From Bacteroidetes bacterium 37-13 (GTDB lineage: Bacteria; Bacteroidota; Bacteroidia; Chitinophagales; LD1): 64,000 bases of DNA. The position numbers and the translations under genes were made by a program. The stretch lies in the NCBI GenBank assembly GCA_001897535.1, contig MKTC01000010.1, positions 116,440-180,439 on the forward strand, in the 5' to 3' direction. Under the pieces are notes generated by a model. That model was not told the origin of the DNA. It worked only from the letters and a program-made list of their open reading frames with translations, and did not search any database. Below are positions 39,186-49,239 of the stretch, in pieces. Every line of letters starts with the position of its first letter. Position 1 is the stretch's first letter.

Positions 39186-41624
39186 ATGGAAACATCAACA
39201 GAAAAACTTGCAGTTGCCGTAACTCCGGCAAAAGCTCGTAAGGTAAAAACCGTAGCGGTTTTGGGTTCCGGTGTAATGGGCAGCCGAATAGCGCTCCATT
39301 GTGCAAACATCGGACTTAAAGTAATTTTATTAGACATTGTACCTTTCGATTTAAAAGAAGAAGATGCAAAAAAACCTGCTCTTCGCAACAAATTAGTAAA
39401 CGACCATTTGGCATTTGCAATAAAGAGCAATCCAAGTCCTGTTTACGATAAAGCACTCGCTGCACACATCAAAACCGGAAACTTTGACGACAACATGAGT
39501 TGGATAAAAGAAGCCGATTGGATTATTGAAGTGGTAATGGAGCGCTTAGACATTAAACAACAAGTTTTTGAAAAAGCAGAAAAATTCCGCAGACCCGGAA
39601 CGCTTATCACATCAAACACTTCAGGTATTCCAATTCATTTAATGGCTGAAGGCAGAAGCGATGATTTTAAAGCACATTTCTGCGGCACACACTTTTTTAA
39701 CCCACCGCGCTACTTGCGTTTGTTAGAAATAATTCCAACTCAATATACGCATCCCGAAGTAGTAGATTTCTTAATGAACTTTGGCGATTTGTTTTTAGGC
39801 AAGCAAACCGTTTTATGTAAAGATACACCTGCATTTATTGCCAATCGCGTTGGCGTTTTCAGCATTGGTGCTGTTATTAAACTAATGCAGGAAATGGATT
39901 TAACTATTGATGAAGTGGATGCACTTACAGGAACTTTAATCGGCAAGCCAAAATCTGCCACTTTCCGCACCACAGATGTGGTTGGTTTAGACACCATGAT
40001 TAAAGTAATGAAAGGTGCTTACGACAACCTTCCAAACGATGAATATCGCGATGTTTTCCAAGTTCCAACTTGGATTTCGCAAATGGATACCAACAAATGG
40101 CATGGCGATAAAACAGGTCAAGGATTTTTCAAGAAAACTAAAGATGCCAGCGGCAAAAAATCGTTTGAAACTTTAGACTGGAAAACACTTGAATACAAAC
40201 CTAAAGGCAAACCCAAATCTACTACTATCGAAATTGGTAAAAACATTGAAGATTTACCAAAACGCTTAAAAGCAGTAGCGGCTTCAACCGATAAACATGG
40301 CGACTTTTTGCGCAAACTTTCTTTCTACGTAAACAGCTACGTGAGCTTGCGTATTCCTGAAATTTCTGATGAACTTTATCGCATTGACGATGCTATGCGT
40401 GCAGGTTTCGGTTGGGAACTCGGACCTTTTGAACAATGGGATATTGTTGGCGTAAAAGCTACGGTAGAAAATATGAAAGCTGCCGGAGTGAAACTTGGCG
40501 CTTGGGTTGATGAATTTTTAGCTGCCGGAAACACTACTTTCTACAAAGTAGAAAATGGCAAACGTCTTTTCTACGATATTCCTTCTAAATCATACAAAAC
40601 TATTCCGGGTCGCGAATCGTTCATTATCCTTTCAGATATTCAATCTTCTACCAAACCAATTTGGAAAAACTCAGGAGCAAGAATTGACGATTTGGGAGAT
40701 GGCGTGTTAAACGTTTCATGGAATACTAAAATGAACTCTTTAGGTGGTGAAGTTTTAGAAGCCATAAACAAAGGAATTGACTTGGCTGAAACTCAAGGTT
40801 GGAAAGGCGTTGTGTTAGGTCATAGTGGTACAAACTTTAGTGCAGGAGCAAACCTTGCCATGATATTTATGATGGCAGTAGAGCAGGATTATGATGAATT
40901 GGATTTTGCTATTCAAGCGTTCCAAAAAACAACTATGCGCTTGCGCTATTCTTCTATACCAACAGTTGCAGCTATTAAAGGCTTAACACTTGGCGGTGGT
41001 TGCGAAATTACCATGCACAGCGATAGCGCAGTGGCACAGGCCGAAACTTACATTGGTTTAGTTGAAGTGGGCGTTGGTTTAATTCCTGGCGGTGGCGGCA
41101 CAAAAGAAATGGCTTTGCGTGCCAGCGATTCGTTCTATGCAGGCGATACTCAAATTACACAATTAGCAGAGCGCTTTACAGCAATTGCAACTGCAAAAGT
41201 AGCCACTTCAGCTGTTGAAGGTTTCAATATCGGTGTGATGGATCGCAAGAAAGACCAAATTGTAATGAATGCAGATCGCCACATTAAAGAAGCTAAAGAA
41301 AAAGTATTAGAGCTATACAGCAATGGTTACGTTCAACCGGTTCAGCGCGAAGACATTACTGTTTTAGGCAGAACAGGATTAGCCGCATTATATTCAGGTG
41401 CAGCAGCTTTCCGCGTAGGAAAATACGCCAGCGAGCACGATGAAAAAATTGCGCGTAAAATAGCTTATGTGCTTTGTGGAGGCGATCTTTCAGCCGAATC
41501 AAAAGTGAGCGAGCAATATCTTCTCGATTTAGAAAGAGAAGCATTCTTGCAACTTTGCGGTGAAAAGAAAACATTGGAACGTATTCAATCAATTTTAACC
41601 AGTGGTAAGCCGTTGAGAAACTAA
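39186..41624 (+). CDS. 3-hydroxyacyl-CoA dehydrogenase / enoyl-CoA hydratase (FadN-type)
   Basis: GSGVMG, SNTSG, HFFNPPRY, PAFIANR, FSAGANL, LGGGCE, GLVEVGVGLIPGGGG, ends GKPLRN. Confidence 0.94.
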   Translation: METSTEKLAVAVTPAKARKVKTVAVLGSGVMGSRIALHCANIGLKVILLDIVPFDLKEEDAKKPALRNKLVNDHLAFAIKSNPSPVYDKALAAHIKTGNFDDNMSWIKEADWIIEVVMERLDIKQQVFEKAEKFRRPGTLITSNTSGIPIHLMAEGRSDDFKAHFCGTHFFNPPRYLRLLEIIPTQYTHPEVVDFLMNFGDLFLGKQTVLCKDTPAFIANRVGVFSIGAVIKLMQEMDLTIDEVDALTGTLIGKPKSATFRTTDVVGLDTMIKVMKGAYDNLPNDEYRDVFQVPTWISQMDTNKWHGDKTGQGFFKKTKDASGKKSFETLDWKTLEYKPKGKPKSTTIEIGKNIEDLPKRLKAVAASTDKHGDFLRKLSFYVNSYVSLRIPEISDELYRIDDAMRAGFGWELGPFEQWDIVGVKATVENMKAAGVKLGAWVDEFLAAGNTTFYKVENGKRLFYDIPSKSYKTIPGRESFIILSDIQSSTKPIWKNSGARIDDLGDGVLNVSWNTKMNSLGGEVLEAINKGIDLAETQGWKGVVLGHSGTNFSAGANLAMIFMMAVEQDYDELDFAIQAFQKTTMRLRYSSIPTVAAIKGLTLGGGCEITMHSDSAVAQAETYIGLVEVGVGLIPGGGGTKEMALRASDSFYAGDTQITQLAERFTAIATAKVATSAVEGFNIGVMDRKKDQIVMNADRHIKEAKEKVLELYSNGYVQPVQREDITVLGRTGLAALYSGAAAFRVGKYASEHDEKIARKIAYVLCGGDLSAESKVSEQYLLDLEREAFLQLCGEKKTLERIQSILTSGKPLRN

Positions 41625-41629
41625 AATGC

Positions 41630-41657
41630 TTTGAGCAATTAGCTATGAGTTTTGAGC
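41630..41657 (+). repeat. Heptamer tandem array upstream of the four-helix-bundle gene
   Basis: TTTGAGC AATTAGC TATGAGT TTTGAGC. Confidence 0.75.
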
Positions 41658-41660
41658 TCT

Positions 41661-42020
41661 ATGAGAGACTATAAAAAATTAGAGGTTTGGAATATGGCAG
41701 TAGATTTATCAGTTGAAGTTTATCAAGCAACATCAGTTTTCCCAAAATCTGAATTGTATGGTATTACTTCTCAAATTCAACGTGCCGTAATTTCAATTCC
41801 ATCAAATATCTCAGAAGGAGTAGGCAGAGAAACAGAAAAACAGTTTAGCCAGTATTTGCATTTTGCTTATGGCTTTGCTTGTGAATTAGAAACTCAGCTC
41901 ATTATTGCAAATCGCTTGGAGCACTTAAGTGATGATTCTTTCAATTCTATTACTGAAAAGCTAATTCATCTTCAAAAGAAAATTTTTAATCTGAATAAAT
42001 TATTAAATAAACAGTCATAG
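41661..42020 (+). CDS. Four helix bundle protein (23S rRNA intervening-sequence protein family)
   Basis: MRDYKKLEVW, FPKSELYGITSQIQRAVISIPSNISEG, GFACELETQL. ATG 41661. Confidence 0.93.
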   Translation: MRDYKKLEVWNMAVDLSVEVYQATSVFPKSELYGITSQIQRAVISIPSNISEGVGRETEKQFSQYLHFAYGFACELETQLIIANRLEHLSDDSFNSITEKLIHLQKKIFNLNKLLNKQS

Positions 42021-42054
42021 CTCACGGCTCAAAGCCCATAGCCTATGGCACAAA
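42013..42054 (-). repeat. Inverted heptamer tandem array downstream of the four-helix-bundle gene
   Basis: AGTCATA GCTCACG GCTCAAA GCCCATA GCCTATG GCACAAA are reverse complements of the upstream T(T/A)TGAGC units. Confidence 0.75.
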
Positions 42055-42063
42055 AACTAAAAT

Positions 42064-43239
42064 ATGTTACAAGAAGCTTATATCGTAGCGGGTTCAAGAA
42101 CCGCCATTGGCAAGGCTAAAAAAGGAGGATTTCGTTTTACCACTCCTGTAGATTTAGCATACTATGCCATCACAGATTTATTATCTAAAGTACCACAATT
42201 CGACCCAAAAAGAGTTGATGATGTGATTGTAGGAAACGCAGTTCCTGAAGCCGAACAAGGCTTGCAAATGGGGCGTTGGGTTGCTCTGCGTTCTTTACCA
42301 ATGGAAGTTTCGGGCGTAACCGTAAACCGCTATTGCGGCTCAGGTGTAGAAACTATTGCTATGGCAACTGCAAAAATTCGTTCAGGAATGGCTGACGTTA
42401 TTATTGCAGGTGGAACCGAAAGCATGAGCTTGGTGCCAACAGTTGGTTACAAAACTGTACCTAACTTTACCATTGCAAACGAACACCCCGATTACTACAT
42501 CGGTATGGGTTTAACTGCCGAAAACATTGCAGATAAATATGGAATTACTCGTGAACAAAGCGATGAATTTTCATTCAATTCTCACCAGAAAGCTTTAGCC
42601 GCATTGGCTGCCGGAAAATTTAAACAATTTATTACTCCAGTAGAAGTAGAAGAAGTTTACTACGAAGGTGGAAAAAAGAAAAGCAGAAAGTACATTGTAG
42701 ATACAGATGAAGGTCCGCGCAAAGACACCACAATGGAAGGTTTAGCAAAATTAAAACCAGTATTTAAAGCCGGAGGCCAAGTAACTGCGGGCAACTCATC
42801 ACAAACCTCTGATGCCGCAGCATTTGTGCTTGTAGTGAGCGAAAAAGTGGTAAAAGAATTAAACCTTACGCCTATCGCAAGATTGGTAACTTCGGTAACT
42901 GCCGGAGTAGATCCGCGCTACATGGGAATGGGACCTGCGGTTGCAATTCCAAAAGCATTAGAGCGTGCAGGCTTAAACATGGGCGACCTTGGTTTAATGG
43001 AATTGAACGAAGCATTTGCAGCTCAATCTTTAGGTGTAATTAAAGAAGCACAATTAGACACAAGCATCATCAACGTGAACGGTGGCGCAGTTGCATTAGG
43101 TCATCCACTCGGAGCATCGGGCACTTACTTGTTTATGAAACTTATTGAAGAACAAAAAGCCAGAAACGTAAAATACGGAATGGTTACAGCTTGTATCGGT
43201 GGCGGACAAGGTATTGCCGGCATTTTTGAAAATCTATAA
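42064..43239 (+). CDS. fadA: Acetyl-CoA C-acyltransferase (3-ketoacyl-CoA thiolase)
   Basis: VNRYCGSG, GGTESMS, TAGNSSQTSD, ELNEAFA, GHPLGASG, TACIGGGQG. Confidence 0.95.
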   Translation: MLQEAYIVAGSRTAIGKAKKGGFRFTTPVDLAYYAITDLLSKVPQFDPKRVDDVIVGNAVPEAEQGLQMGRWVALRSLPMEVSGVTVNRYCGSGVETIAMATAKIRSGMADVIIAGGTESMSLVPTVGYKTVPNFTIANEHPDYYIGMGLTAENIADKYGITREQSDEFSFNSHQKALAALAAGKFKQFITPVEVEEVYYEGGKKKSRKYIVDTDEGPRKDTTMEGLAKLKPVFKAGGQVTAGNSSQTSDAAAFVLVVSEKVVKELNLTPIARLVTSVTAGVDPRYMGMGPAVAIPKALERAGLNMGDLGLMELNEAFAAQSLGVIKEAQLDTSIINVNGGAVALGHPLGASGTYLFMKLIEEQKARNVKYGMVTACIGGGQGIAGIFENL

Positions 43240-43260
43240 TACTTACTTAGCTAAAAAGTT

Positions 43261-43295
43261 AAAGCCTGCTGTTGCAATGTAACAGCAGGCTTTTT
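43261..43295 (+). terminator. Intrinsic, probably bidirectional terminator
   Basis: AAAGCCTGCTGTTGC-AAT-GTAACAGCAGGCTTTTT. Confidence 0.9.
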
Positions 43296-43326
43296 AATTT
43301 TAAGAAGCAGATAGCTTAGAAAATCG

Positions 43327-44058
43327 TCAATCTTTTATCGAAAAATATGCTGCTGCTAACAGAACTTCATCGGTTAGCAATTTTGATTTTTTTCGTGAAA
43401 TATAACAGGCTGCAACTCCCTCAGAAAATTGTTGTTTATAGCTATTTGAAGTCGAAACTATTTGCTCTAGTTCACTCACGGAGAATCCACCAACATAGCA
43501 AAAGGCAGTGCCAATTCCCCTCCACAAATAGGGCTTAACTTGCTCAGGAAATTTTTCGATAAATTGAAAAGCCTCATTTGGGTTACCCAAGTTACTATAC
43601 CAAATACTTCTTCCTACTCCGGCATAATAATCTTGAAAAAATTTTTGTGGGAAAATATTGTTTTGAACTAAGGAAACAACTTTCCGTTTTCTAAAAGTGC
43701 CTTCATAAAAGCCAAAACCGTCAGCTACTTTCTGCTTTGCTTCTTCTGAAATAAAATCACATTCACTACAACTATCAAGATTGTTCGTTTCTGCCAAAGC
43801 CCAGCCCAGTCCAACAAAAATTTGGATTTGATGTTTTGGATTATTGTTTACAAACCATAGCCAATCACTTTCCAAATTTTCGATATTGCTTAGTGCAAAT
43901 TGGTAAGATGCGCCTTCAAATTTAGCCGATAAATAAGGTGTATTTTCATTCTCAAAACGAGAGGAAAATTCTTGCATATCAACTTGTGCTGCAATTTTTG
44001 CACCTTCTTGAAAAGCACCTTGAACTTTAGCTATGTTTTGAAGAATTTGTTCACTCAC
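43327..44058 (-). CDS. DUF1702 (UnbL-like) family protein
   Basis: FEGASY, VGLGWALA, ADGFGFYEG, GVGRSIWY, LWRGIGTAFCYVGG follow the family motif order. Confidence 0.8.
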   Translation of the reverse strand: MSEQILQNIAKVQGAFQEGAKIAAQVDMQEFSSRFENENTPYLSAKFEGASYQFALSNIENLESDWLWFVNNNPKHQIQIFVGLGWALAETNNLDSCSECDFISEEAKQKVADGFGFYEGTFRKRKVVSLVQNNIFPQKFFQDYYAGVGRSIWYSNLGNPNEAFQFIEKFPEQVKPYLWRGIGTAFCYVGGFSVSELEQIVSTSNSYKQQFSEGVAACYISRKKSKLLTDEVLLAAAYFSIKD

Positions 44059-45743
44059 AATTTTACAATTTCATTTTCAAACCAAATGGTAGCAACAGCT
44101 TCGCGCATCATTTTGTCTGGTGCAACGTTGTGTTCATCAGATACTTCCGGAATATTCAATTTATTTTCCACATCTAAAACCATTTCATAAGGATTTACTT
44201 TTAGATTCATATCTGTGCCTTTCACTTCGGCACTAATTTTTCTGAAAATTTCAGCAGCAAATTTCTCTAACAGCGAAATGTTTTCTGCCATCTTATCAAT
44301 TAAATTCTCACCTTGATTCATTTCAATTTCGTATTGCAGCTTTCGCAAATATTCTAAATCAAATGGGTCAATATATTTCCCTTCCAAAACCTTGTTTTCG
44401 TAAGGACGCCAATCCAACAATAACTGCTGAACTCTATTGCCCAACTTTCCAAATTTTCGACCTAAACCATCTGGTGCAGAAAACAGTTTTTTCACCAAAT
44501 TCAAATCAGTAAAAGCATTATTGGTAAACAACACTGTTGGCACAGACCAATAAACAGCCCAATCCCAAAATATTTTAAGTACCATAATTTGAGTATTGCC
44601 CATTAGTTTGTACTTATCTTTATATATCGGAATCCAACTATCAATCAATCCTAGATATGTTTGCTCGTAAACATCAGCTCTAAACGCCACATCTTCACCT
44701 TTTAAGCTGCGCAAAATTACATCGCTAATTAGCGTATTGCTCAAGGAAATTAAATCGCTGCCGGGAGAATAAAAAGGATCTAAAAACGCGCCTGCTTCAC
44801 CGGTTGCTGCCCATTTTTGGTAGCCATCAAAAAGCCTTTCAGAATGATGTGCAAAGTGTTTTAGAATTTTAAAATCAAGAATGTTTTCAGGGCTTAAATC
44901 TATCTCTTTACAAAACTGCGGCTCATTTGTTTTCAACCATTCCATTGCAGTTTCAAGCGTATTGTAAGTATCAAATGGATGAATATCTTGGTCTGCAACA
45001 ATTCCAATACTTGTATTTTTTGAACCAAGTGGAATTATCCAAACCCAATAACCATTATCGAGAAAGTGTACCGTGCTTAAATAACGCAGCCTATCTGGCA
45101 GTTGATTTTGCCATTCTTTATTGTTTCCCCACTTAGCCACATCCACTACACCTTTCACCCGAAACCAAGCCGAGTTACAGTTGTGTTCTATCGGCTTTTC
45201 AAAACCTAATTTTCTTTTAAGCAAACTCATGCGGCTGCTGGCATCAACTATCCATGAAGTTGTTACTGTTTTTGCGGTTCCTCCTTCAACATACTTCACC
45301 GCATTATTGCCATTTCCTAACTCCACATCTGTAACGCGGGCATCTAACACAATTTCAGTTCCTAATTCAAGATTTTTCTTAATTAAAAAATTTTCAAAAG
45401 TGCCTCTATCAACTTGATAAGTATGATACTTTAACCAATTTCTTGGACCTAATTCAACTCTTGTTGTTATATCATTTTTATTGTTAGACTTAAAGTAATA
45501 TCGCAAACCATGCTTAGGCAATTCAAATTCATCTAAGTATTTTCCTAAACCCAAAATTTCTCTAAAATAGTAGCCCGCTAATTCAACCGTAGATTCGCCT
45601 ACTTTATGTGCTGCAACGGTTGCTTCACTTTTTCGTTTTTCTAAAACTAAAATTTTAGCATTAGGATTCTTGAGTTTAATTTGAATTGAAAGTGTAAGCG
45701 CAGCTAAGCCGCCACCTAAAATAGTTACATCGTATTGTTGCAT
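44055..45743 (-). CDS. Flavin-dependent halogenase-like FAD oxidoreductase
   Basis: GGGLAA FAD site, KVGEST, LPKHG (candidate catalytic Lys), YWVWIIP (WxWxIP), GEAGAFLDPFYSPG. Confidence 0.82.
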   Translation of the reverse strand: MQQYDVTILGGGLAALTLSIQIKLKNPNAKILVLEKRKSEATVAAHKVGESTVELAGYYFREILGLGKYLDEFELPKHGLRYYFKSNNKNDITTRVELGPRNWLKYHTYQVDRGTFENFLIKKNLELGTEIVLDARVTDVELGNGNNAVKYVEGGTAKTVTTSWIVDASSRMSLLKRKLGFEKPIEHNCNSAWFRVKGVVDVAKWGNNKEWQNQLPDRLRYLSTVHFLDNGYWVWIIPLGSKNTSIGIVADQDIHPFDTYNTLETAMEWLKTNEPQFCKEIDLSPENILDFKILKHFAHHSERLFDGYQKWAATGEAGAFLDPFYSPGSDLISLSNTLISDVILRSLKGEDVAFRADVYEQTYLGLIDSWIPIYKDKYKLMGNTQIMVLKIFWDWAVYWSVPTVLFTNNAFTDLNLVKKLFSAPDGLGRKFGKLGNRVQQLLLDWRPYENKVLEGKYIDPFDLEYLRKLQYEIEMNQGENLIDKMAENISLLEKFAAEIFRKISAEVKGTDMNLKVNPYEMVLDVENKLNIPEVSDEHNVAPDKMMREAVATIWFENEIVKL

Positions 45744-45910
45744 GTATAGTTAGATTTGAATTGCAAATTATAGAAATTTTATTTTCCATTAAAACATTTC
45801 TAAAATTAAATACAAAAAGGAATTTTGTTTACTAAAAGCAAAACTTTTGAGTCAAGAAAAAATCCCTAACTACTTTGATAATAATCCTACTTTAGCATCA
45901 AATATTTAAA

Positions 45911-46669
45911 ATGAAAAAAGTTTTACTCTTTATTTTTACAGCGTTTACAATTGGTGCAAATGCACAAATCACTTGCACTCCAAACAATAATAACACTACC
46001 GTTGGAAGCACTCCAAGAGCAGATTCTATTCCATGTATTGAGCGTGGGGTTTACTATGAGCAAGTCGTGAATGTGCTTCTGCCAACACAATATACTGTAC
46101 AGGGAATCAATGCAACTATTGATTCTTTTAAAATGGAAACAGTAAGTAATTTACCTTCAGGCATCAATTACGTTTGCTATAATGCTACTTGCACTTTTAT
46201 TGGTGGAAAAAATGGCTGCTTTGTTGTTTATGGAAGTACCACAGACACTGCAAAACGCTATGATATTGCGTTTACAGGAACAGCGTATGTAAAAGCAATG
46301 GGCTTTCCTACCACATATCCTATTGATGAAAGTATGGCACAACAAGCCGGATTTAGCTTATATTTAAAAGTAATTGAAAAAGATAGTGCATGTCAGTTAG
46401 GCACTCCAACTTCAATTAAAAATATCGCAGAAAATACACAGAAAATAAATGCTCGCTTTGATATAGAAAAACAACAAATTATTGTTGAATTGGCGACTTT
46501 AAATTCGCAAGCAGAAACTATTGAATTGTTTGATTTGGCAGGAAAGAAAATATACGCTCAAACAATTAATAATACTTCCGGAGTTTATACTTTAGAATAC
46601 AGTAACTTACAAAAAGGACTTTATTTTGTTCGTGTGAATAATACTGCTACAAAAGTTTTAGTTTACTAA
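45911..46669 (+). CDS. T9SS type-A sorting domain protein
   Basis: Signal peptide ANA-Q; C-terminal IELFDLAGK...KGLYFVRV...KVLVY. Confidence 0.8.
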   Translation: MKKVLLFIFTAFTIGANAQITCTPNNNNTTVGSTPRADSIPCIERGVYYEQVVNVLLPTQYTVQGINATIDSFKMETVSNLPSGINYVCYNATCTFIGGKNGCFVVYGSTTDTAKRYDIAFTGTAYVKAMGFPTTYPIDESMAQQAGFSLYLKVIEKDSACQLGTPTSIKNIAENTQKINARFDIEKQQIIVELATLNSQAETIELFDLAGKKIYAQTINNTSGVYTLEYSNLQKGLYFVRVNNTATKVLVY

Positions 46670-46709
46670 GACACAATCTTCATTATTACAACAACAATTT
46701 TGCTTTAGC

Positions 46710-47924
46710 TCAAGAAAGCATCGCTATTGATTTCTCCAATGCTTTGGCAAACACATCAATTTCTTCGGCAGTGTTGTAAAAAGCGAATGAGGCGCGGCAA
46801 GTTCCTTCAATCTGTAAGCGCTTCATAAGTGGTTGGCAACAATGATGCCCAGTGCGAATGGCTATGCCTTGTTTATCCAATAATGTACCAATATCGTAAG
46901 GGTGAATATCTTTAACTAAAAAAGAAATAACAGAGCATTTTTCTTGTGCTGTTCCCACAAACCGCAATCCATCAATTGCAGAGAGCTTTTGGGTTCCATA
47001 ATGTAGCAATTCAGCTTCTTTTTCAGCAATAAAATCCAACCCAATTTCTTGCACAAACTCTATTGCTTTGCCAAGCACAATTCCACCTTCTATGTGTGGT
47101 GTTCCGGCTTCAAATTTGTAGGGAATTTTATTGAAAGTAGTTTTCTCAAACGTAACGTTATCAATCATTTCACCACCGCCCATGTATGGCGGCATAGCTT
47201 CTAAAAGTTCTCTCTTGCCATACAAAATACCTATTCCAGTAGGTCCAAAAACTTTATGTCCGCTGAAAGCTAAAAAATCTACATCTAACGCTTTTACATC
47301 AATCTTTTTATGTTGAACCGCTTGCGCTGCATCTACCAAAACAACAGCACCAACTTCATGTGCTTTTGCTATAATTTCTTGCACAGGATTCACTGTTCCC
47401 AAAGCATTTGAAATGTATGTAACTGCAACTATTTTTGTTTTTGCTGAAAGTAGTTTTTCATACGCTTCCATATCCAAATCGCCCGAATCGAAAATGGGAA
47501 CAACTTTTAAAGTAGCACCTTTCTCTTCGCACAGCATTTGCCAAGGCACAATGTTGCTGTGATGTTCCATAGCAGAAACTATTATCTCATCACCGGCTTT
47601 TACATTGGCTTTACCATAAGTTTGTGCCACTAAATTTATACCTTCGGTAGTGCCGCGCACAAAATTTATTTCTTGTGTTTCAGCATTCAAATATTGCGCA
47701 ATAACTTGGCGCGAATGCTCGTAAGCCTCCGTAGCTAAATTTGCCAAATAGTGCGCACCTCTGTGAATATTGCTATTGTATTGGCTATAGTAATTTTCTA
47801 TCGCTTCAATTACCTGCTTTGGTTTTTGCGATGTTGCTGCATTATCAAAATATATCAGCGGTTTCCCATTTACCTTTTGATTTAAAATGGGAAATAAATT
47901 TCTTACATCACTAATTGTGTTCAC
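46710..47924 (-). CDS. sufS: Cysteine desulfurase SufS
   Basis: YFDNAATSQKP, NIHRG, MEHHSNIVPW, FSGHK, EAGTP, RTGHHCCQP. Confidence 0.96.
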   Translation of the reverse strand: MNTISDVRNLFPILNQKVNGKPLIYFDNAATSQKPKQVIEAIENYYSQYNSNIHRGAHYLANLATEAYEHSRQVIAQYLNAETQEINFVRGTTEGINLVAQTYGKANVKAGDEIIVSAMEHHSNIVPWQMLCEEKGATLKVVPIFDSGDLDMEAYEKLLSAKTKIVAVTYISNALGTVNPVQEIIAKAHEVGAVVLVDAAQAVQHKKIDVKALDVDFLAFSGHKVFGPTGIGILYGKRELLEAMPPYMGGGEMIDNVTFEKTTFNKIPYKFEAGTPHIEGGIVLGKAIEFVQEIGLDFIAEKEAELLHYGTQKLSAIDGLRFVGTAQEKCSVISFLVKDIHPYDIGTLLDKQGIAIRTGHHCCQPLMKRLQIEGTCRASFAFYNTAEEIDVFAKALEKSIAMLS

Positions 47925-47942
47925 TTTTAAATAAATTTCAAA

Positions 47943-49226
47943 TTACCAATTCAACTTCAACTCTTCTTTCAGCTTATCGCAAATGAACTGGCGGAGCGGT
48001 TTTGCTTGTATGCGCTCAGCAACTTCGTGTACAAAAGCGTAAGTAAGCAGCTGCTTTGCAAGTTCAAACGGAATACCGCGTGCCTGCAAATAAAACAGGG
48101 CATTTTCATCTAATTGTCCAATTGCTGCACCATGCGAACATTTTACATCATCGGCAAAAATTTCTAAGTTCGGGCGGTTGTTTATGCTTGCTTCATTTGA
48201 AAGCAACAAACCTTTACTCGATTGAAAAGCGTTAGTTTTTTGCGCAATTTGATCTACAAATATTTTCCCGCTAAATGAACCTACAGATTCATCATTCATT
48301 ACACCTTTATACAACTGATTGCTGGTGCAATTGGGCGCAAGATGTTTCACAAGAATATTATTATCAATACTTGCATTTTCTTTTCCAAAATATAAACCGC
48401 TTAAATCGGCATGAGCATTTTCGCCCAAAAGCTGCGCGGTAATATTATTGCGAATTACATTGCCTTCGAACGTGATAGTTGAAGCATTAAAAGTTGAATC
48501 GCGTTGCAAAAGTGCTTCTAATGAATGTATGCCTTTTACGTTCTTAGTTTCCACTTGTAGTTTCACAAGTGTGAGTTGCGCATTTTTGCCAATAAAAGAT
48601 TCTGTAACGTGATTGTACTGAACAGTAATATTGCTGGCGTTTCTAAAATCTTCAGCTATTTGCAGCGAAGCGCCATCTTCTACCACCACTAAATTTCTTG
48701 TTTGCACAAAAGCATCTGCATCAGTTGCCGTAAAGAAATAGTGTAAATAAATCGGCTCTTCAATAGCCACATTTTTGCTTACGTGAATAAATGCGCCATC
48801 AGTTACAAAAGCAGTATTTAATGCAGCAAAATGTTCTTCGTTATAGTTCACAGCTTTGCCGAAATATTGCTCTATGTTGCTGCTTTTATTTGCAAAAGCT
48901 TCTTTTAAATTTGTAATATATAAGCCTTCAATTTCAGGAATAATACTTAGCTCTTGATGAAAAATTCCATTTAAAAACACTAAGCGAAAAGCATAAGGCG
49001 GCAAACTTGCAATGTAGTTTTTTACAGCAGTATTTACTTCCGATTCTAATGGCGTTAAGATAAAATCTTTACTAAGTTTTGTTTTGATGTTAGTGTATTT
49101 CCACGCTTCAACTCTTGAAGTTGGGATGCCCAATTTTTCAAAAGCATTAAAAGCTTCCACACGCACCTTATCTAACTGTGTTGTTGGAGTATTTTTAAAT
49201 TGTTGTTCTATTGTTTCCATTTTCAC
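47943..49226 (-). CDS. sufD: Fe-S cluster assembly protein SufD
   Basis: EAWKYT, QKTNAFQ, PNLEIFADDVKCSHGA, FYLQARGI. Confidence 0.95.
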   Translation of the reverse strand: MKMETIEQQFKNTPTTQLDKVRVEAFNAFEKLGIPTSRVEAWKYTNIKTKLSKDFILTPLESEVNTAVKNYIASLPPYAFRLVFLNGIFHQELSIIPEIEGLYITNLKEAFANKSSNIEQYFGKAVNYNEEHFAALNTAFVTDGAFIHVSKNVAIEEPIYLHYFFTATDADAFVQTRNLVVVEDGASLQIAEDFRNASNITVQYNHVTESFIGKNAQLTLVKLQVETKNVKGIHSLEALLQRDSTFNASTITFEGNVIRNNITAQLLGENAHADLSGLYFGKENASIDNNILVKHLAPNCTSNQLYKGVMNDESVGSFSGKIFVDQIAQKTNAFQSSKGLLLSNEASINNRPNLEIFADDVKCSHGAAIGQLDENALFYLQARGIPFELAKQLLTYAFVHEVAERIQAKPLRQFICDKLKEELKLNW

Positions 49227-49239
49227 TTCTCCCTTTCTT

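Noticed and set aside
41661-42020. Four-helix-bundle gene as the Avd of a diversity-generating retroelement
   Set aside because: No reverse transcriptase and no template/variable repeat pair are present in the window.
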